A DNA stretch of 63,320 nucleotides, the filler included, from Folioceros fuciformis (taxonomy: Eukaryota): NCBI GenBank assembly GCA_049999805.1. It is 8 parts of 8 records of this genome, joined end to end, with 100 filler letters (N's around TTAATTAATTAA, not from the genome) between each part and the next. Parts side by side here need not be neighbours in the genome. Positions count along the whole stretch, not along the records: positions 1 to 16,850 come from JBNGIO010003235.1; positions 16,951 to 18,613 come from JBNGIO010003236.1; positions 18,714 to 37,180 come from JBNGIO010003237.1; 5 more parts are not named here. One strand, written 5' to 3'. Shown here one piece after another: positions 11,401-23,620 of the stretch. Below the pieces are notes generated by a model that saw nothing but the letters and a program-made list of their open reading frames with translations, was not told where the DNA came from and did not search any database. Each line of letters starts with the position of its first letter. Positions within the stretch are counted from its first letter, which is position 1. The translations under genes were made by a program, and so were the position numbers.

Positions 11401-12654
11401 TTTATCTCATCTTCATATCTTTGGTAGTGTAGCCTATGCTCACATTCCTGACAAGCTGCGGCATAAGTTTGCCTACAAGTCTAGAAGGCACATCTTCATC
11501 GACTATACTGCTGGAATTCATGGGTACAAGCTTTTTGACCGTACCTCACAAAAGGTGAGTCATGCTAGGACTGTTGTCTTTGATGAGCGCCCAGTCTTGA
11601 AGCCCGCAGAGGTGGTTGATCATGCAGATTATGAATATCCAGTTTTAGTACCTAAATCAGAAGAGAACTTACCTTCAGAGATAGATTTAGATGTTGTTGA
11701 ATTTCCTATCTCTGACCCTTCTTTTACTAATAACATTGTCCCATCTCTTGGCACATTTCCCACCTTTGAATTCCATACTAGTGATTATGATTTAACTAAT
11801 TCAAACTTTGTAATAGACTTAGAACAGCCCACTGAAACAGTTCCTATTCCTCCTACTATCTCCCTCGATTTACCTGATACAGACCTGGAGGTTGATGACC
11901 CGGTGCAGTTCGTAGTGCCTCCTCCTAATCCTCCTGTTCCCCTACATTGCTTAGTACGCCCTCACAGGCTCGAGCTGAATGGTTGGAGGAACCTTACAGA
12001 CCGAAGGCTTGGGCTGGATGCCGAGAGCAACAATCTATTTGTCGTTCGATTGCCTCTGGATCTGGTGAGATGGTCAGAGATAAAGCCCACGTTGTAGTCA
12101 ACCCCAGCTATGAGCCTCAATCCTATCATGAGGCACTTACCAATCCTAAATCCAAGCAATGGAAAGATGCTATCAAGTCCGAATATGACTCTCTGATTTC
12201 TAACAAAACATGGGAGCTCTGTAGACCTCTTCAGGGGAGGAAAATTGTGACGAGTAAGTGGGTCTTCAAGCTGAAATATCGAGTTGATGGTTCCATTGCC
12301 TATTACAAGGCCAGGCTGGTTGCTCGTGGCTTCTCTAAAGTCCTAGGGTTGGACTATCATGATACATTCTCTCCTGTGGTCAAGACTCAGTCCCTTCGAG
12401 TTCTATTCGCCATGTCTGTCTTCTTCTCCCTCTTTATACATCAGATGGATGTCAAGACAACGTTTCATCATGGCAAGCTAGAGGAGGAGATCTACATGCA
12501 ACAGCCCGAAGGTTATGAGATTGTTGGCAAGGAGGATTGAGTATGTAAATTGCTCAAGACTATTTATGGTCTAAAGCAAAGCCCAAGAGCTTGGTATGAG
12601 TGCATAGATGAGTTCTTACAAGGTTTGGGCTTCGTGAAGTCTTCAGCAGACTCT
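8453..12654 (+). mobile_element. Degenerate Ty1/Copia gag-pol (gag, CCHC, protease, GAG-pre-integrase, integrase, RT 5' part)
   Basis: RLTSANFDA*SFRVRTILEEK; CNYYNKPGHWIKDC; WFLDNGASNHM; WHCRLGH; LIHIDICGPM; KWVFKLK..YKARLVARGF; HQMDVKT; multiple stops and frameshifts. Confidence 0.93.
8978..9817. mobile_element. 840-bp solo LTR with 4-bp TSD CATC, inserted in Copia gag
   Basis: TGTCATGC...GCGCGACA termini; CATC at 8974-8977 and 9818-9821; removal restores gag L-A-S-L-P-P-S-Y; internal ~50-bp duplication at ~9022-9120. Confidence 0.85.
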
Positions 12655-12834
12655 TGTTAAGGGTTATTTACCCTTAACACAGATTAACTAGCATATACTT
12701 GATAAGTCTTCGGTTTAAGTGAACAGTCACTTTGGATAAGTATTTAAACACATACAAGTTTTGTAATTTATTCATTCTATTTACAACTTTTTGTTTGTGA
12801 GCAAGCTTCCTCTTTATTCACATGGTATCAGAGC
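12655..12834 (+). mobile_element. Copia 5' LTR (12655-12822) plus perfect tRNA-iMet PBS, nested in the RT of the preceding Copia
   Basis: TGTTAAGGGTTATTT...TTCACA then TGGTATCAGAGC; similar to LTR 43769-43926. Confidence 0.85.
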
Positions 12835-13066
12835 ACTAGGCTCTATGATCCACGATGCTCTCTATTTTTAGATTAATTCTAATCTAATCTCTATGCTACA
12901 TACTGTACATCTGATGAAATAGGGTTCTCAATGCAATTTAGAGTGCATCGAGATTGCACTTCTAGCTATGTTTAATTCCCTATTCCATCACCTGCATAGC
13001 ACGGTTAGCATAATAGAAATTGGATTGTATTAGAAAGTCTATATCGGTTCGTAGAGAGCATCAGAC

Positions 13067-13468
13067 ATGACGCGCAGGTCAAGGAACCGGTATCACGTGC
13101 CAACTGTAGGAGAAGCTGAGGTTCTCAGGCTCTCTACAGTTTCACGGCCTACCTCATCTAGATCTGGCCCATGCACGGCTCCACAAGGCCAATGCCAACA
13201 GCTTGAATTACGTGGTCCCAACGTCCACCTAGAGCTCGACGTGTGCCTTTGCTCCTATCACGCAAATCGCCGATTCCTACAAAGAATTGGAAGAGTGTAT
13301 CAAACTAACGACGATGAGGAACTTATCTACGACCAATCATACTTAGCCCTGGAGAATCAACTCATGGATATACAGGTCTTGGTGTTGTGCAAAACCTCAT
13401 ATATTGGCGCCAAACTTGAAGCAGCTCTTGACAAAATTGCTGAGGAAATGATCAGCCATGTGATCTAA
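13067..13468 (+). CDS. 133-aa ORF of unknown function downstream of a Copia PBS
   Basis: ATG-initiated open frame; no gag motif recognised. Confidence 0.35.
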   Translation: MTRRSRNRYHVPTVGEAEVLRLSTVSRPTSSRSGPCTAPQGQCQQLELRGPNVHLELDVCLCSYHANRRFLQRIGRVYQTNDDEELIYDQSYLALENQLMDIQVLVLCKTSYIGAKLEAALDKIAEEMISHVI

Positions 13469-13529
13469 TTTCTTACTCTGTAAGAAGCATAAAATCCATT
13501 TGGCTAACCCCACTCACTACCCTGAATTA

Positions 13530-14660
13530 AACTGTCGCACCACCCAGCCATTGTTACTTCTCGCTTCCCTAGGCTGCATGAGCGCAACTACTACAGTTTT
13601 CAAAGGTTTTTTCCGCTGCAGGTCGATGACTTATCCTCCCCGCTCCGTCTTCTCTTGCCCATAAACCTCCTCAAACAACTCCAGGCTCCAGCTTTGGGGC
13701 CTCTGCCTCATACTTTCTTTGGGTCCCATGCTCCTCAGAAAACGGACACACTCTTGCACCAGAGCTGGACTGTCATGACACCATTTCTTCTCCATAAACC
13801 CAAGGCCTAGCTCCTGCACCAGACTGCCCACCTTTATTTTCCAGTGATCTATGGTGGGCCACTGGGCGGTGGAAATCACCGTCTCCGCCTGAGCTGCCAT
13901 CTTGCGCCTTCTCTGGTCTTGATTTCCCTCAGACACCCGTTTCTGTTCCTTCCGCCACTCAATTCACCCCTCGCATCGTCCGCTGCGCCTCCCGCTTTTC
14001 CTCCAGGCTTCACGCCAATCCCGACACCCGTTACTCACTATCTCCTCTTGGCCCATGCTTCACTTCCTTCCTCCTGGTTGCTCCACCTTGGCGGGGGTTG
14101 CTCTTGTTTGTGGTGTCCCGTTGAGACTCTCCTCCAATTGCGCTCCGCAACTGGAAGTCTTCTTCACTCTCTGGCCGTGTCGAATCCGCTTCTAGGGTTG
14201 TTGGCTCCACCTTGGCCAAGTCGACGCACCCCTACTTAGCCACCATAGGGATGCGAGTGACCACCCCACCTGGACGCACCACCATGGTGGAATAGCCACC
14301 ACCCCCCGATTTATATAGGCTTTTGATTATTCCAACCTACCAAGGGCCAAGGAACTTCCTACAACAGTCCATCCTTATAGGCCATGAGCCAAGGATGAGT
14401 TATTGTAACAAAAATAATCCAGCCGCTGTCCAAGGAACTTCGAGTCCCACGCTTTGCAATTGTCAAGACCCAAAGACTTGTTATTGGTAACCGAAACCAT
14501 GCCGGAGAGTGAACTGCCATGAGCCAAGGAGACTCTTTGGTATAAAAGGAACCGCTCGGGCCGTATTCAGTCACTCTATTGATCAAAACCAAAAAAAGCT
14601 ACCAAGTTCCTATTGTTCAACTACTTAGAGGAGGGGTTTCGATACCTACGATTGTCTACA
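13530..14660 (-). mobile_element. Fragment of a divergent relative of the giant Gypsy LTR (5' end plus ORF start)
   Basis: Minus strand begins TGTAGAC at 14660; peptide WPTIDHWKIKVGSLVQELGLGFM..WCHDSPALVQEC..PQSWSLELFEEVYG matches LTR ORF WPNMEH*RVRAGGLVEELGLGFM..WNHAASGLVHEC..PQEWSMELVRKVFG. Confidence 0.75.
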
Positions 14661-16290
14661 TGGGGCCACTCTTTATGGAGGCCTTAGATGCAATATGGGC
14701 ATAAGGTAGTATGGGCAAGTGGTTCAATTTAGGAGTTATCTCCTTACTACCAAAGCAGGACGCTAGTGCTTCCATCTCCAATTGGCGCCTGATCACCCTA
14801 CTGACTACCACTTATAAGGTGATTGCAAAAGTCTTGGCCAATCGGCTCAAGCCTTTCTTGGATGAATGGATTGAGCGAGAACAAAGGGGCTTCATACATA
14901 ACCAATGCATTCTTGACAACCTGCTCCTCTTGCGTGAAGCTAAGTATGAAGTCCAGAGGCAGAGCAAGCAGGTTGTCTTCATTTCCCTTGATTTTCTCAA
15001 GGCCTACGACTCAATGGAGTGGCACTTCCTTGGGCGTTGACTTCGCAGTTTTGGGTTTGGCAACAATTTTTGCCGTTGGGTCATCATCCTTTGTGAAGAG
15101 ACTAGTGCCAAGGTAGCGCTGTTAATGGCTTCTTTATAGAGCGGTTTAACATCACCCGCTCCGTACAGCAAGGTTGTCCTCTTGCACCCCCTCTCTTTAT
15201 TATTGTTGCTGACTTCTTCCTTCGAGTAGTTAAACATGATCCACTTATCGAGGGCATTCAGGCCCCGGATGGAGCCCAACTTCGCATTTTTGCCTTTGCT
15301 AACGACAACCATGTTATTTTTCCTCTGCCACAGAATCCTCTTTGGAAGCTATGTTGAGGTAGGTACAAGTCTTTGGACAACTTTCAGGATGCAAAGTGAA
15401 TTGGGAGAAGACACGCATGATGTGTCTAAATATGAGGAATGAGATACCTCAATGCATTAGCCATATCACACAAGTGCATCAGGAATCTTCCCACAAATAC
15501 TTGGGCCTACCTTTTCAGGAGACTGAGGAGAACTGGGAGATTGGTAAATTTGTGCTTCGGAGATTTATCCACAAAGTAATTAGTTTTCAAGTCTTAGAGC
15601 TCAATCTGGCAGGTAGGCTGTGGTGATCAACCACATACTAACTGCCTCCTTGTGGTATTATGTCTTCTTTTGGGCTCCCTCGAAGGAGAAGTGTAAGAGG
15701 CTGCAACAAGTTCTGTCCAACTTCTTGTGGAATCGCAATTGCGAGGGAGCTAAGACTATGCAGAAAGTTGCTTGGCCGCACATGATCCAGCCTCGTCATA
15801 AAGGGGGTTTAGGGCTCATAGATCCTCTGAGCAAGTCTAAGGCACTTCATGCATAGTTTTTCATCGGAGGGATTGATCCATGTCCATATCCATGGAAGAG
15901 TTTCCTTACTCAACATTTGGAGTGCACACAAGCAGCTTCACAAGGGACACGACGTATGGACAACATTCTGGCGGACAAGCCTTTATTGGACACGAGCACT
16001 TGCTCCCTGCTATTCAAGGCAATTTGGTCTAGTTATGTGGAGGTTAAGAAGCTCCTACACCCTACCCAACCCCTTTTAGGGACAACGTGCTAGGACTCCC
16101 CCTCTAGGGCTTTCAGAGGCTGTGGCGCCAAGAGTACATCTCACGGACTTGTCATTCCCAAATACTTAGCAAAGCTGGCAGACAAGGTTTGCAGCGTGTG
16201 GGCCACCTGTGGGATAGGGCAGAAAATTGTTGGAAGGAGATCGACATGCTAACGGAGGAGTTTGCTATTTCTGCCTGTCACCTTGGGACC
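14661..16290 (+). mobile_element. Degenerate L1/Tx1-type LINE ORF2 (RT)
   Basis: ISLLPK..NWRLITLLTTTYKVIAKVLANRLK..QRGFI..LDFLKAYD; QGCPLAP; HKYLGLP; VAW..PRHKGGLGL. Confidence 0.92.
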
Positions 16291-16439
16291 ATCTTCAGGT
16301 GGTAACAAAACGGCATGGCACATAGCACCAGACTAGCACTGCTAGTACAATCAAACATAGGGGTGGACTTATGGGGAGCCTATGCGATGGACAATAGGGT
16401 AGAAAATGAAGACCTAGGGTGGGAGACAGTTCTTCCAAA

Positions 16440-16850
16440 GTATGACCGGGCAAGTTGGGCCAACAACACACAACTTGATGCAGTTTGCCACCATTACCTC
16501 TCTGTGAAGCCTGTGTGTTATCCAAATGCCATCAAGCAGCTTTCAAGAACAAAGCTCCTCATAGAGCTTCAAATGTTCTTGAACTTGTCCACATTGACAT
16601 ATGTGGGCCATTGTCCCAACCTTCAATAGGTGGTGGCAGATATTTCCTAACATTCATTGATGACAAAACCAGGTTTATCATGGTTTATATTACAAAGACC
16701 AAGAGTGAATGTTTCTCTCTGTTCAAGGATTACATGAAGTATCCAGAAAGATGGACCAACAAACAATTGAAAACCCTCCGTTTTGACAATGGTGGAGAGT
16801 TCATATCAAATGAATTTCAGGCCTATTGTTCAGAAGAGGGTATAGGAAGA
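16440..16850 (+). mobile_element. Copia integrase fragment
   Basis: CEACVLSK..LELVHIDICGP..RYFLTFIDD..LRFDNGGEF. Confidence 0.92.
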
Positions 16851-16950
16851 NNNNNNNNNNNNNNNNNNNNNNNNNNNNNNNNNNNNNNNNNNNNTTAATT
16901 AATTAANNNNNNNNNNNNNNNNNNNNNNNNNNNNNNNNNNNNNNNNNNNN
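16851..16950. other. Assembly gap with artificial TTAATTAATTAA linker (also 18614-18713, 37181-37280, 41208-41307, 46809-46908, 56111-56210, 61438-61537)
   Basis: N44-TTAATTAATTAA-N44 repeated identically seven times. Confidence 0.97.
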
Positions 16951-18450
16951 TAAAACCATAGATGCTTACCTCAAGTCCATTGGTTTCTTGCAGAATCTGG
17001 GTGATGCAAATGTTTACCTCTACTCCAAAGATGGCCGTATAGTGGTGCTTGCCCTTTATGTTGACGATGCGATTTTAGCATCCAATGATCCTGCATTACT
17101 GAGCTGGGTTAAACATATGCTTCATCAAAAGTTTGACATGAAGGATATAGGGCCTCTGACCTTTGTACTTGGTGTACATTTGGTTCGAGACCTTTCTTCC
17201 CATACTATTGTTCTACTCCAGGCTAAGTATATTATGGAGACTCTTCAGCGTTTTCATCTTGCGTCTGCCAAGCCTGTTTCTACCCCTGGTGTGGCTGGTG
17301 CTAAGCTGTCATCTGCACATTGCCCACAAACTGTTTCTGAGAAAGAGGCTATGGCCAGTATTCCTTACCGTCATGTTGTTGGGTGCCTCAACTATATCAG
17401 TTGCTGGACTCGCCTTGACATTCAATTTTCGGTGAGTGCTGTTTCTCAGTTTCTGGATAACCCCGGCAAGGAACATAGGGGCGTGGTTAAACGTATTCTT
17501 CGGCATCTGAAGGGTACTCTGCATCATGGGCTATGCTTCTGGGGGCGAGCAAATGACAAGCTTACCGTTTCTGGATGGGCTGATGCCAACTGGGCCACAG
17601 ATCCGGATGCACAACGAAGCATATCCGCATATTGCTTTACCCTTTCTGGTGCTGCAGTTCATTGGAGTTCCAAGAAGCAGGTTTCCATGGCACTCTCCTC
17701 TACTGAGGTAGAGTATAAGGCCTTGACGGAAGCCTCCAAGGAAGCTATCTGGGAGCATTCCTTTTTGAATGGTCTTGGGTTTCCGCAATTCCAGCCAACG
17801 CCCATTTATTGTGACAATATGTCGACAATTGCCATGACAGCTAATCCGCGATTTCACGCCCGCACTAAGCACATTGAGGTGCATCACCATTTTATTAGAC
17901 ACTCTGTGAAGCAGAAAGAAGTGCGAATTTAGCATGTGACTACAGATCTGAACGCAACTAATCTGCTCACCAAGTACCTGCCTGCTCACAAGCACCTGAT
18001 ACATATGGAGGCTTTGGGCATTAAGCCCTGTACTCAAACCTAGTTCTTCTGGTTACCTCAGCTGCAGGCATGGTGGATGAAACTTTTCCTTCAAATTCAG
18101 TCGCATCCTGCAGCACACAAGGTTTTCCAACTGCTATCTAGCTTCTTCACTGCAAAGAAGACTAGCAGCCGACACTCCCAGCTCGCGATCTGCCAACGCT
18201 GATCCGTCACGAATTCTTTCCAGGCATGGCGGTGCACCAGTTCAGCTCTGCCTCACGCCCTTTTTCTTTGCTTCCTGGCAAAGAAAAAGGGCGTGCTGGT
18301 ACAGCAGGAACACAACTATGACAAAGGCTCAGAGACTAAGGCACTATGACAGAGCTCCCGCCATTGCTCGTGGTTCGACGCTCGCAGCTAACAATCTGTT
18401 GTGTCTACGGGGGCGTGTTTGGAAGTAACCGGGTGCGGGTTTAGGGTTTA
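16951..18450 (+). mobile_element. Copia RT-RNase H, 3' UTR, PPT and start of a putative 3' LTR (18416)
   Basis: LYVDD; ADANWA; WSSKKQ; FHARTKHIEVHHHFIR; GGGGGCG|TGTTTGG. Confidence 0.9.
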
Positions 18451-18451
18451 G

Positions 18452-18613
18452 GTGCTCTATGGTGTGCGACGTGGAGGGCCTGCCAAGTGGTACAGGAGGG
18501 AGTACCTCAAGGCCGGCACATTTCCAGCAACTTTTGATGTGCTAAAGAGGGCCTTTTGTGAGCGATTCAGGGGGATAGACGTAGAGGGCTACATGCTGTC
18601 CCAGCTGGAGGCC
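18452..18613 (+). mobile_element. Ty3/Gypsy gag fragment
   Basis: GPAKWY..TFDVLKRAFCERF (Retrotrans_gag-like). Confidence 0.6.
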
Positions 18614-18713
18614 NNNNNNNNNNNNNNNNNNNNNNNNNNNNNNNNNNNNNNNNNNNNTTAATTAATTAANNNNNNNNNNNNNNNNNNNNNNNNNNNNNNN
18701 NNNNNNNNNNNNN

Positions 18714-19266
18714 CACGGAGCCGGTGCTGTTTGGAGTGGAAGCGGAAGACGACCAGGCGCAATTGGACATGCTCAACTCCGATTCAGACGACGACTCGGT
18801 GGAGGACGACAGGTGGATCCGGCGGGAGTCCGCAGCGGTGCAGAAAATGAAGCAGCCGGACCGACATCCCGACGCTGCAACAGCAGCCGGAAGGCGGAAA
18901 GTGAGGGACAGCTTTTCCCTCAATTCGCACACGCAGCAAACGTCCCGGAACCGGCCGACGTCGCTGCGGCAGCTCCCGGTGCGGAGGCGGACAGCGGATG
19001 CCGGATGCGCTGCAAACCCGTCCATCTGCCTGGATCCGTCCTACTACCCTGAGGGGCCGACATGCTGCGGTTCCAAGTGCGTCAACACGGAGTACGATAG
19101 CAATAACTGCGGCTACTGCGACAACGTCTGCCCCTTCGGCACCAGCTGTTGCATAGGCCTGTGCATCGACACGCAAACCGATTCTTCCAACTGTGGCAGC
19201 TGCGGCAATGTGTGTCCAGTGGGAAACACCTGCGCTTTCGGCTTCTGCGGCTATGGCTTCAGTTGA
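18714..19266 (+). CDS. STIG1-family cysteine-rich protein (5' end lost in gap)
   Basis: C..NPSIC..CCGSKCVN..D.NNCGYC.NVCPFG.SCC.G.CID..D.SNCG.CGNVC.....CAFGFCGY, the typical Stig1 Cys pattern. Confidence 0.9.
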
Positions 19267-20321
19267 ATTAACTTTCAAGTTACGTCTGCATCCGGCACAG
19301 CCTTCCACGGTACTGCGCTGACACAAATCTGGCCACGCAAAGCATTACCTTTGCAGCTCTGCACATCTTACTCCTCCCCTCATGTTTTCAAGTAATCTGG
19401 CCAACCTGACCTCACAGCTAAAAGACGGCTTTGAACGCTGTGATGTTCTACAGATGCATTATCAGACAAGTATGGTAGCAGGCAAGCAGCAGTCTTTGTT
19501 GAAAGCGCTCCTCGAAGGAGAATATCACCTGTGGCATCAAAACAAGTCTGTCCTGATTCGCACCCGGCGTGATGGCTACCTTGTTCGTTGCTCATTGCAA
19601 GGCACCAGCAGCTTCTCGAAAATTCGTCGGCCGCTAGACTATCTCATCCACGGTCGTCATTGTGATGCTGGCTCATAGAAACACATACAGTACCTACTAC
19701 TCCATGGCTAATTACAGCCCGTGTAACAATTTTCCGTGCAATTTCTACCACCAATATAAATGTGACGTTGATCATTCTCGATGATCGACCGACATCAAAA
19801 CAAAGGAAATTCTCCACAGTGGATGATATTGTTATGGATACCTTCCTACCTACCTCTATGCTTTTCTCAATTTCTAGATCTTAGATTATCCCTATATTAT
19901 CTAATATTTCATATTAAAACAAATAAAAGATCACAACTTTCAATAGGAAGTAGAGATAGAAACGAGGAGGAGAGGAGGAACAACTTCATAAATGGCAAAA
20001 ACAATTGATATTTATTTACTGTATCATTCAGAGATATCACTGCATATTAACAGACAGAGGTCAGCAACCGTTTGGAAACGATGTGGCGATCGTGAAACGA
20101 ATTTCATAGGCTATCGAGCATCTTGTGAGTCTTCACGCTTCACGATCGAAATCCGGGTGGACAAGCGTGCATGCGCTGGGACGTGAGACGGCTTCAGAGG
20201 ACAATGTTGGCTCCGTTTGAGACGTCTCAAAGAATCATTTGTGTATGTGCCTGGTTCCTCGTGCGTGTGATGTCGCAAGCAGCTGTGCTTAGGGACTGTG
20301 CTTGAGAAGAGCTTCAAGCCC

Positions 20322-22979
20322 ATGGCAAGCGCAACTACGGCCGAAAGCCTCACATACCTTGAACTCCCAGGGCCTACTGAAGACAGGCTGGCGAGGGAGG
20401 AGGCTGACACCAATGTCATGGCCTCTTACTCCACAATCTGGCATAACACAGCCCGAATGCCGGATCGCTATGGTGAGAACTTGTTTGTGGGAGTTTTCCG
20501 CCGGAGCAAGAACGATGAGGTGACAGCGGTGCCGTTCAATCCAGGCAATGTTGCCTACGATGAGGTGACGGGGATCTATTCCAGCAGGATGCCAGCCGCA
20601 AGACTGCCGCGTCGTTTCAATATGGGAATAGTGGAGTGCATTTTCTCCAAGAACCACGACCCGGGCCCGAACTGGTCGCACAGGCGGAAAAGTGTGGCCC
20701 TGGTGGACGGAGTGAAAGGTCTGGAGCTCACCTACGGTAAGATGGAGGAGCGTTCCACTGCTCTGGCCATGGGTTTGCTCGAGCTAGGAGTGGAGCCAGG
20801 GACACACGTGCTTCTGATGTCTCCAAACTCGGTGGAGTTTGTTCTGGTTCTGCTTGCAAGCTTATCTCTGGGAGCAGTGGTTGGCATCGCTAATCCGGAC
20901 TTATCATCGCAAGAGCTCGAGGAGCATGTTGGAAATGCGAAGTTCGCCTTGCTTTTGACTACTGCCGAGGTGGTCTCGAGTTGGCGGCCTTCCTCCGCAT
21001 TCTCCGGCCTCGCGAGGACAGTCTTGATCGGCCCTGACGACCATCTTCATTCTGAGGGGAAGGGAGACCTCCTCCTGTCGCAGCTGTATTCCCCGAATAA
21101 ACCAGGTACAAGCCCGGCTTCACGGATTCATATCCTGTCGGACGATCCCGCGGTGGTGCTCTTTTCCTCTGGTAACACTGGTTTAAGCAAGGGTATTGTC
21201 CTGACGCATCGCAACCTGATCGATTCTGCCACGATCTACAATGAGAATCCGCTCACCCAAGCTTCACCTAGTGATGTGTACGTGTGCGTTGTTCCTCAGT
21301 TTCACATATACGGGCTGGCTGCTGTAACAATCACTCAGCTTGTGAGGGGAAATAAGGTGGTCATCCTCCCCTGTTACAACCTGCAAGGTCTCCTCAGGGC
21401 TGTTGAGCGCTACCATGTGACACACCTGCCGGTGCTGCCCCCAATCCTATTCGACATCCTGAAGAGTGGTGATGAGATATCCAAGTATAGTTTGAGCTCT
21501 TTGACTCAGATCAGCAGCGGGGGAACACCCCTCCAGAAGACCACCATCGAGATTTGTGCTTCGCGGTTTCCCACTGTGAAGTTCATTCAGGTCTGCTGTT
21601 TCCTTGCTGCAGTCCCTTGTCGGTTTTCAGACTGTGCATGACTAGTTCACTCCCTGCACTGACCAAACTACGACCACAACAACTTCTGGTCTACACCGTC
21701 GCTAACTGTTAAACTGGAGTTCTCTTATGCATGGATGCCTGTGAACGAGTCCTCGAGCTTTCCGGCAAGCTTTTTGACTTCGACTGTGGAACGGCAGGGA
21801 TATGGATTGACAGAGACAACTGCCGTTGGAGCACTTTTCCCTGCCACTGATTACAAGACAGAATACTTCGGTTCCGTGGGCGTTCTCGCCTCGAACACAC
21901 AAGCTAGGATTGTCGCAATAGGGAGTGCACCGGTATTTCTGCCTCCATGCCGTCAAGGAGAGCTGTGGTTGCGTTGTCCTGGAACCATGGAAGGTAGAAG
22001 TTGATCCACAGGGTTTGCGTAAGCTTTCGTGCGCTAGCAGGCGCGATGTCCTTCATATCCTTAGAAGAGTTTCACAAAGTTTGCCACATTAACTAGTGTA
22101 CATGTGGGGTGTATTAGTACCATGATGGTGTTCTTGAACTGATGGTTGGGAACATTTGATGCAGGCTACTACAATGATCCTAATGCAACAAACGACGTTC
22201 TGGACAACGATCGATGGTTTCGAACAGGGGATGTCGCCTACTTTAACAACGATGGCTACCTCTTCATAGTTGACCCCGTGGGCGAGCTCATTAAGAACAG
22301 CGGCTTTGAGGTGTCTACTTTTTCTTCCTCAAGCCTTTGGACTGGGTCCTTCAACTTATATGATTTGTTGAGAGTGGAGTCCAAGTGGAGTCCAAGTGTC
22401 CCGTAAGTTCTCCTGTTATTTCCTGATGGACAGGTGTCGCCCTCGGAACTTGAAGCCTTGTTGCTAACTCACCCTGAAATCCAGGATGCCGTCGTTCTAC
22501 CGTAAGTTTTTGACACCCACATCGATGCGTTGGGTGACACTCTCAGTTTTGTACCCCTTGGTTGACCCTGTTAGAAATTTGTTGAACGTCGAACAAATCA
22601 CATTTTTGTGTTGTGGGCTTTTGACTTTATGAATGCAGATACCCTGATAAAACCGTCGGCGAGCTGCCTATGGCTTTCGTTGTTCGCTTCCCTGGGAGCA
22701 CCTTGACTGAAGAGGATGTGAAGAGCTACACTGCAGACGAGGTCATTTCAGATCCATTAGTCATAATGCCTTCAGAACTTCTATGCTCTAAACCTTCACA
22801 CTGTGCTCGCTGGAGCTTATCGTGTGCCTGTAATAACTTTCTGGCAGACTGCTTCGTACAAGAAAGTTCGAAAAGTGGCGTTCATTGACAACATACCAAA
22901 ACTGGCTTCAGGTAAAATCTTGCGGAAGAAGCTTATCGCCGAGGCGGTACGAGCCGGTTCCATAGCAGCAAAGCTTTAA
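20322..22979 (+). CDS. 4-coumarate:CoA ligase-like acyl-activating enzyme with peroxisomal PTS1 (AKL); exons 20322-21590, 21798-21993, 22165-22310, 22434-22501, 22639-22741, 22848-22979
   Basis: [56 protein letters not shown] introns giving a continuous frame; C-terminal AKL*. Confidence 0.9.
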
Positions 22980-23620
22980 GTATTGCCGCCCACATTTAGC
23001 TTGAGCCATTTAAATTTGCCCAATGTTGAATGGCAAGATTACAGGTTAGAGTTAGAGAGATGAACTGTAATACGAGAGAGAAAGTGCCCACTAGTGTTTT
23101 GGGAGCGATTGTGAGAACTATGCACATCTTTAAAGCATATTTTCCAAACGGTGATCATGAAGCTCGACAAATCTCGAACTATTTTTCAATCACCAACGCT
23201 GCATAAAGGGCCCAGTGTGGCCGACGTATCCTAGGATGGATCATCAATCCAAGTACGCAATCGGCTTTGTAGCATGCACGAAGTCAGTCGATGAGCTTAA
23301 TTAAGCTAGCGCATGAAGCTCCACCGTGGACAGCTAATCGACCGACAATGCATGCAACGAGTCGTGATAGCAGCAGTCGAAAATTCTGGTGCAAGAAACG
23401 AGTATTAACAAGTAACAATGCATGTGTACGTGGGCGTACATCATAAGAGTCTCGTCTCAACGACAGGGAGACACAGGTGACCTTGTGTGATGTGAAATAA
23501 TAATATCATCGTTTCGATTTGAGACGTCTCGTCCAGACCTGCAGGTGAGACGGGGAGCGTCTCGCATTGCTGCTGGCGCGGCCAGGGCCGCGATCGGATC
23601 GACCTGCCGCACCTGCAACC

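Noticed and set aside
16851-16950. Recurring TTAATTAATTAA palindrome as a biological motif
   Set aside because: Always flanked by 44 Ns on each side; an artificial scaffold linker.
19380-20290. Short ORFs between STIG1 and the first 4CL-like gene
   Set aside because: No recognisable domains; probably UTR or promoter sequence.
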